From NCBI GenBank assembly GCA_046484665.1, contig JAWOIN010000143.1, forward strand, positions 21,585-85,584: a stretch of 64,000 bases of DNA. The letters are read 5' to 3'. This DNA comes from Gemmatimonadota bacterium (GTDB lineage: Bacteria > Gemmatimonadota > Gemmatimonadetes > Palauibacterales > Palauibacteraceae). The notes beneath the pieces were generated by a model. The model did no database searches. It saw nothing but the letters and a program-made list of their open reading frames with translations, and had not been told where the DNA came from. Shown here in pieces: positions 58,975-64,000 of this stretch (positions are counted from its first letter, which is position 1; every line of letters begins with the position of its first letter). Both the position numbers and the translations under genes were made by a program.

Positions 58975-61014
58975 TCAGCTGCCGGGACGCTCCCAGTCGT
59001 TGTTCGCGCGGTCGATGTCGGGATACCACATCTCCGGGTCGATCCGGACCGCCCGCACGGTCCCCTCGAACGGGACCGTGCGGGTCACGCTGCGGGTGCC
59101 GGCCCACGCCGACACGGGCCAGCGGACCGTCTCCGTGCGGCCGTCCGCGCCCTCGAGCACGAGCTCGACGGGCATCACGCCGTCGGCCCGGTTCTCCACC
59201 GTGACTTCGACCCCCCCGGCGACCTGGCGCACGCCCGCGATCGCCTGGTCGAGCGTCGCCGTCCCGTGGAACCACGCCTGCCAGAACCAGTCGAGGTCCG
59301 CGCCCGCCGCTTCCTCCATCATCCGAAAGAAGTCCCACGGCATCGGGTGCTTGAACGCCCAGGTCCGCGCGTAGTCCCGGTACGCGGCGTCGAACCGGTC
59401 ATCCCCCATCATGTGGCGGAGCGTGTGCATCAGGGTGCCCGGCTTGGCGTACGCCGCCACGGACCTTCCGAACGGGTTCTCGGCGTAATCCATGTGCCGC
59501 ATGATCGGCACCTCGGCCTCGAGCTGCGCCGCCCGGAGGTAGCCGTTCATGGAGCCGAGCCGGGCGTTGGAGCTCTCGTACAGGTCGTCCATCGCGAGGG
59601 CCGTGTTGAACACGGTGAGCCCCTCGTCCATCCAGGCCCAGGCCATCTCCTTCGTGCCGACGATCATCGGCATCCAGAAGTGGCTGAGCTCGTGAACGGT
59701 GGTCCCGACGAGGCCCCGCCCCGACGCCCGCCACGTGATGAAGGTGATCATCGGGTACTCCATCCCGTTCACCTGCGGCGGCCCCATCGCCGCCGTGGCG
59801 TGGGGGTAGGGGTACGGGAGGATGTAGTCGGAGAAGAACTCGATCGCGTGCTTCGCCGCGAGGGTGGCCTCCGACCAGTGCTCGACATCGGGGTCGAACA
59901 CGTTCTGGATCAGGACGCGCCCCCGCGGGCCGTCCGTCTCCGCCCCCGTCACGTGCCACACGTACCGGTTCGACGCGGCCCATGCGAAGTCGCGCACGCT
60001 GTCCGCGACGAACCGCCAGGTCAGCATCCCGTCCGCGCCCGGCAGCGTCGCGCGGCCCGCGGCGCGGTCCGCCGCCGAGACGACGGCGACGACGGTGTCG
60101 AGCGCCGGGGCGGTCCGCAGCGTCTCGATCTGCCCTGGGCGCAGCAGGTCGCCGGGGTTCGCGAGCTCGCCCGTCCCGACCACGACCCAGCCCTCGGGCA
60201 CCGCGATCTCGACCTCGAACCGTCCGTAGCCGTCGTAGAACTCGCCGTTCCCGAGATAGGGGCTCAAGTCCCAGCCGAACACGTCGTCGTAGACGGCCAC
60301 TTGCGGATACCACTGCGCGATGTTGAACACCTCGTGGTCGAGGTGCCCGTTCCGGAAGCCGCCGCTCCCCGAGACCGTGAAGGACCACTCGACCTCGAGG
60401 GCGACGCTGTCTCCGGGGACGAGGGGCTCGCGGAGCTGGACCGTGGCGATCGTGCCGTCGACTTTGTACCCGGGGCCTTCCGGACGCACCATGCGGCCGT
60501 TCTCGAAGCGCGGCGGGTCGAGCACGCGGAGCCCCGTCCCGCCCAGCGCGACCCGGTGGAGCTCCATGCCCCCGGTCAGGGTCACGTCCCGGTTCCTCGC
60601 GACGCCCTCGGAGAACACGTTCTGATACAGACGCAGCACGAGCACGTCCAGCGCGTCCGGGCTCCGGTTGTGGTAGGTGATCGTCTGCCGGCCCGTGAGC
60701 CGTGCCGTGGAGGGCTCGAGCACGGCCGAGATCCGGTAGTCGGTCCGCTGCTGCCACCAGGCGGGACCGGGCCGCCCGTCGGCCGTCCGCGTGCCCGCCG
60801 CGACGGCTCTCCCGTAGGCCGAGGGCGGCCGCACCGGCGGAAACACCGGCGTCGCGGACACGAGGGCGCCTCCCTCGAGGATCGAGCTTCCGGACGTCTC
60901 CTGCGCGTCGGCCGGCGAACACACGGTCCCGGCCAGGATGATCGTCGTGAGGACGAGACACGCCCGCGTCCACTCCCACCCGCCGTTCCCGCCATCCCGG
61001 GCGATCGTCTTCAT
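58975..61014 (-). CDS. Exported M1-family metallopeptidase
   Basis: AQWYPQVAVYD, GMEYP, HELSH...WMDEG. Confidence 0.9.
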   Translation of the reverse strand: MKTIARDGGNGGWEWTRACLVLTTIILAGTVCSPADAQETSGSSILEGGALVSATPVFPPVRPPSAYGRAVAAGTRTADGRPGPAWWQQRTDYRISAVLEPSTARLTGRQTITYHNRSPDALDVLVLRLYQNVFSEGVARNRDVTLTGGMELHRVALGGTGLRVLDPPRFENGRMVRPEGPGYKVDGTIATVQLREPLVPGDSVALEVEWSFTVSGSGGFRNGHLDHEVFNIAQWYPQVAVYDDVFGWDLSPYLGNGEFYDGYGRFEVEIAVPEGWVVVGTGELANPGDLLRPGQIETLRTAPALDTVVAVVSAADRAAGRATLPGADGMLTWRFVADSVRDFAWAASNRYVWHVTGAETDGPRGRVLIQNVFDPDVEHWSEATLAAKHAIEFFSDYILPYPYPHATAAMGPPQVNGMEYPMITFITWRASGRGLVGTTVHELSHFWMPMIVGTKEMAWAWMDEGLTVFNTALAMDDLYESSNARLGSMNGYLRAAQLEAEVPIMRHMDYAENPFGRSVAAYAKPGTLMHTLRHMMGDDRFDAAYRDYARTWAFKHPMPWDFFRMMEEAAGADLDWFWQAWFHGTATLDQAIAGVRQVAGGVEVTVENRADGVMPVELVLEGADGRTETVRWPVSAWAGTRSVTRTVPFEGTVRAVRIDPEMWYPDIDRANNDWERPGS

Positions 61015-61103
61015 CCCGCTCCTCCCGTTCGAGATCCGTCCACGCGGCGTCGGCCTCCGCCGGTCGTGAAGCTACCCCCCGCCTCGCCACGCTGCCAAGC
61101 GTC

Positions 61104-62525
61104 TCAGGGCCCCATCTCCAGGTCCGTCCATCGCAGGAGCGGAAGGAGCTGGTGACGCCCCTCGTGCCGCCAGTCGGCCGGCGGCCACGCCATCGTTCCG
61201 ACCGGAGCGATGCGGCTCACGCCGAGACGCGCCGCTCCTTCCGCCAGCTCCTCGAGCCCCTCCCGGCCCGCGTAGCCGAGCGCCTGGATCCGCCCCTCGA
61301 ACGGGGCGAGGAGCTCGAGCACGTCCGCCACGCCCTCGACTCCGTAGACCCAGATCGCGCGCGGAAGGGCCCGGGACTCGACGCCCGGCCCGCGCCGCGC
61401 GATCACGGTCCAGGCGAGGTCGTCGGGCCCGAGCGCCACCGACGCCGGAGCGCCCGGCGCGAAGCCCCCGAACTCCGCCTCCGCGCGGACGGCCCTGAGC
61501 GCCACGGCCTCGGGCTCGCTCACGGGCGCCGGCCGCACGCGGCGCGTCTCCCCCGCGAGGGCTGCGTCCAGCCGCTCGGCCACCGCGAGCGGATCGCCGC
61601 CGACCGCGTACGCGATCCGCGGCGACACGCAGCCGCGCTGCTCGTAGGCGCAGAGGTCCCGCGCGAGCCCCGCGAGCGTGTCGGCGGGGGCGTCCGCCAG
61701 CAGCACCGCGACACCCAGGCGCGGGCCGTAGGCCACCACCTCGGTCGCCGGATCGACCCGGGCACGCACCTCGGAGACGGCCGAATCGCCGCCGTACACA
61801 ACGACTTTACTCGCGTGCTTGGCCCACGCGTCCCACGCCGGGACCCGCTCTCCGCCCGGCCACCAGGTCGCCGCGACCGTCCGGCCCAGCAGCGCGTCCT
61901 CCTCGGCGAGGGTCCGCGCGAACAGGGCGAGCAGCCCGGGCTCGTCCTCGGCGGCCTTGGAGAGGACGCCGGAGCGGGCGAGAAGGCCTCGGATCGTGCC
62001 GGTCACCGCGACGCCGGGGACGTTCCCGGCGTGGAGCTGGAGCAGGAGAGGCGGGCCGACGGCGCGGCGGCGGCGGCCGGGTCGCGTGGGATCGGGGCGG
62101 AAGGAGTCGAGCACGAGCGGGTCCCCCAGTTCGGCGGCGAGCAGGGCCCCGAGGGCCTCCGCCGTCCAGCCCTCGGCCATGCCCCGAAGCGTCCCGGCGG
62201 TGCCCTCCGTCGACCAGCCGAGCTCAGCGCGGAGCAGGTCCCTCGCGGCCCGGCCGGCCAGGTCCCCGGCGTCCGCCAGGCGGCCGGCGGCGCGGGCGAC
62301 GACGCGGACGACGTCGTGAATGGAGAGCCGGGCACGCGCCTCGAGCGCCGCGTCCCGCACGGCCCGGGCGACGCGGGCGGCGGAGTCAGGGTCGAGCCGG
62401 GGGGCGCGGAACGCGTCCCCGGAGGCGGTCCGTCCCTCGTGCCAGTCCTGCCCCGCCGGTCGGGGACCGTCGAGGCCGGGCAGGTGCCAGGCCGGGCCGC
62501 TCCACGGCCGGCCGGCGTCACCCAC
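61104..62525 (-). CDS. LuxC-like acyl-CoA/acyl-protein reductase
   Basis: HAGNVPG, VVVYGGD, DLCAYEQRGCVSP, GVSRIAPVGTM..P...W.HEG. Confidence 0.85.
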   Translation of the reverse strand: MGDAGRPWSGPAWHLPGLDGPRPAGQDWHEGRTASGDAFRAPRLDPDSAARVARAVRDAALEARARLSIHDVVRVVARAAGRLADAGDLAGRAARDLLRAELGWSTEGTAGTLRGMAEGWTAEALGALLAAELGDPLVLDSFRPDPTRPGRRRRAVGPPLLLQLHAGNVPGVAVTGTIRGLLARSGVLSKAAEDEPGLLALFARTLAEEDALLGRTVAATWWPGGERVPAWDAWAKHASKVVVYGGDSAVSEVRARVDPATEVVAYGPRLGVAVLLADAPADTLAGLARDLCAYEQRGCVSPRIAYAVGGDPLAVAERLDAALAGETRRVRPAPVSEPEAVALRAVRAEAEFGGFAPGAPASVALGPDDLAWTVIARRGPGVESRALPRAIWVYGVEGVADVLELLAPFEGRIQALGYAGREGLEELAEGAARLGVSRIAPVGTMAWPPADWRHEGRHQLLPLLRWTDLEMGP

Positions 62526-63642
62526 GGGCCTGCGCCTCGAGGAGCTCGGCGGTGGCGAGGGAGCAGCCGCGCGGCGGAGCGCCGGACGTCCGGCCCAGCC
62601 AGGTGAGCGCGTTCCCGTCGACCCGGCCGCGGTCCTCGGTCAGCACCGCCACCACCGAGCCGGCGTTCGCGAGGTCCCAGTGGCAGAGGATGCCCTCCTC
62701 GCCGTCGGGCAGCGGCGCCAGCGTCAGGGGATCGAGGGCCGCGGTGCGCAGCCACGGGGGGCCGTGGAGGGGCGGCGCGGGGTCGTCGACCCCGCGCCCG
62801 TACCGCTGGGAGAGGAGCTCCGTCATCCCGAACTCGTTCACGACGTCCCGCGGTCCCAGCTCGACCCGCGGCAGGAGCCGCTCGAACAGGGTGCGCCGGT
62901 CGAGCCCCGCGGAGCCCTTGGACCCTCCCGTGTCCATGAGCACGGAGCCCGGGGGCAGGCGGTGCCGAAGGTCGGCGGCCTCCAGCCGCCCCGCCCAGGC
63001 GGAGAGGGAGAGGGTAGTGCCGAGGAGGCAGACCGGGGCCCCGTCGGACGAGGCTTCCCGGAGCGAGGCCTCCAGGTCGTCCCACCGGATCCCGTCGGCG
63101 TCCGCGACGCAGCGGGAGCCCGGGTCCCCGAGCCGCGACCGGATCTCCTCGAGCATGAACCCGAGCGAGGAATCCGGGACGGCCGACGGGGCAGGGACGA
63201 GCGTGAGGACGCGGGGCCCGGCGGCCTCCCCGAGCACGAACCGCCGGAAGGCGCCGAGCAGGGAGGCCCGGTACAGCTCCGGCGCGACCACCGGGTGCCG
63301 CCCTCGGACCGCGGCCCCGCGCGTCGTCCCGCTCGTCCGGAACAGCAGGGGAGCCTCCGCGGGATCGCCCACGGCGAGATCCACCGCCCGGAACGCCGCC
63401 GTGGGGACCGGCGGGATCTCCCGCCACGAGCGCACGCGATCCGGACCCGCGCCGCGCGCGAGGCACCAGCGACGGTACGGGAGGTTGCCCTCGAACTGGA
63501 GGGCGAAGACGCGGAGGGCGAGGCTCCCGAACCGATCCTCGGACCAGATGTCGCCTTCCCAGCCCCGGAAGAGCCCGACCAGCTCGTCGATCGTCGCCGC
63601 GAGCCGGGCCTCGAGGCTCGCATCGGAGGGTCGTCCCGTCAT
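62518..63642 (-). CDS. LuxE-like acyl-protein synthetase
   Basis: FRTSGTT, MDTGGSKG, NEFGMTELLSQ, DLANAGSV..VLTEDRG, C-terminal RGCSL. Confidence 0.85.
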   Translation of the reverse strand: MTGRPSDASLEARLAATIDELVGLFRGWEGDIWSEDRFGSLALRVFALQFEGNLPYRRWCLARGAGPDRVRSWREIPPVPTAAFRAVDLAVGDPAEAPLLFRTSGTTRGAAVRGRHPVVAPELYRASLLGAFRRFVLGEAAGPRVLTLVPAPSAVPDSSLGFMLEEIRSRLGDPGSRCVADADGIRWDDLEASLREASSDGAPVCLLGTTLSLSAWAGRLEAADLRHRLPPGSVLMDTGGSKGSAGLDRRTLFERLLPRVELGPRDVVNEFGMTELLSQRYGRGVDDPAPPLHGPPWLRTAALDPLTLAPLPDGEEGILCHWDLANAGSVVAVLTEDRGRVDGNALTWLGRTSGAPPRGCSLATAELLEAQARG

Positions 63643-63754
63643 GGGGCGAATCTGTCGCGCCGACGGCCGCCGCGACACCCGAGCCCCGCCCGGGGCGTCC
63701 GCGCGCCGCGCGGCCGGCCTCCGGGCCACGACCGGGACCTCGCCGCGGCGGCGG

Positions 63755-64000
63755 TCAGGGCGTCGCGATCCGACCCTCCTCGACGGTCCCTTTACGCATC
63801 CACTTTATACTTACAGGTCCGCCGTTCGCGGCCTCGAGCGCCGAGCGGAGCGCGTCGACCGAGTCCACCGGGCGACCGGCCGCCTCGAACACGACGTCGC
63901 CGCCGCGCAGCCCGAGGCGATCGGCCGGCGTGCCGCGGATCGCCCGCAGGACCAGGAGCCCGCTCTCGACGCCGTGGAAGTACTCGGCCAGCTCCGGCGT
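63755..64000 (-). CDS. PDZ-domain protein, C-terminal end (5' part off window)
   Basis: PELAEYF.GVESGLLVL...GTPADRLGLRGGDVV. Confidence 0.8.
   Translation of the reverse strand, partial: TPELAEYFHGVESGLLVLRAIRGTPADRLGLRGGDVVFEAAGRPVDSVDALRSALEAANGGPVSIKWMRKGTVEEGRIATP

Noticed and set aside
61104-63642. Bioluminescence operon
   Set aside because: luxA, luxB and luxD are absent.

Overview
A high-GC bacterial chromosome segment. The gene set resembles Gemmatimonadota/Longimicrobiales (inference only). The core genes are glyQS (partial), glycerate kinase, dinB, tnaA, carB, a ubiE/menG-type methyltransferase, tupABC, tdk, an lpoB/COG3014 operon, several peptidases and a luxE/luxC-like pair. Three accessory modules sit among them. 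(1) 46.4-54.9 kb is a c-di-GMP locus. It holds a GGDEF protein whose sensor is an [FeFe]-hydrogenase-like domain stripped of its H-cluster cysteines, a LeuA-regulatory-domain-like protein, an unannotated 14-aa peptide gene (MWLLSLLFGGTLRW, strong AAGGAGGT SD), a membrane HD-GYP phosphodiesterase and a convergent BTAD-AAA-TPR regulator. The peptide, the HD-GYP gene and only the C-terminal third of the regulator form one lower-GC block, which suggests a swappable peptide-signalling specificity cassette. This is the best candidate for a new system. (2) 10.2-15.6 kb is a lower-GC region with a LuxR gene, a secreted 8-Cys peptide, a CxxC redoxin and beta-propeller proteins surrounding tnaA. (3) 19-28.4 kb has an ECF sigma/Ser-Thr kinase pair followed by exported unknown proteins, including a Tat-signal tail-collar protein and three paralogs sharing a C-terminal motif. 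No rRNA, tRNA, CRISPR array, transposase or integrase was recognised. All product calls come from motif recognition by eye, without database searches.
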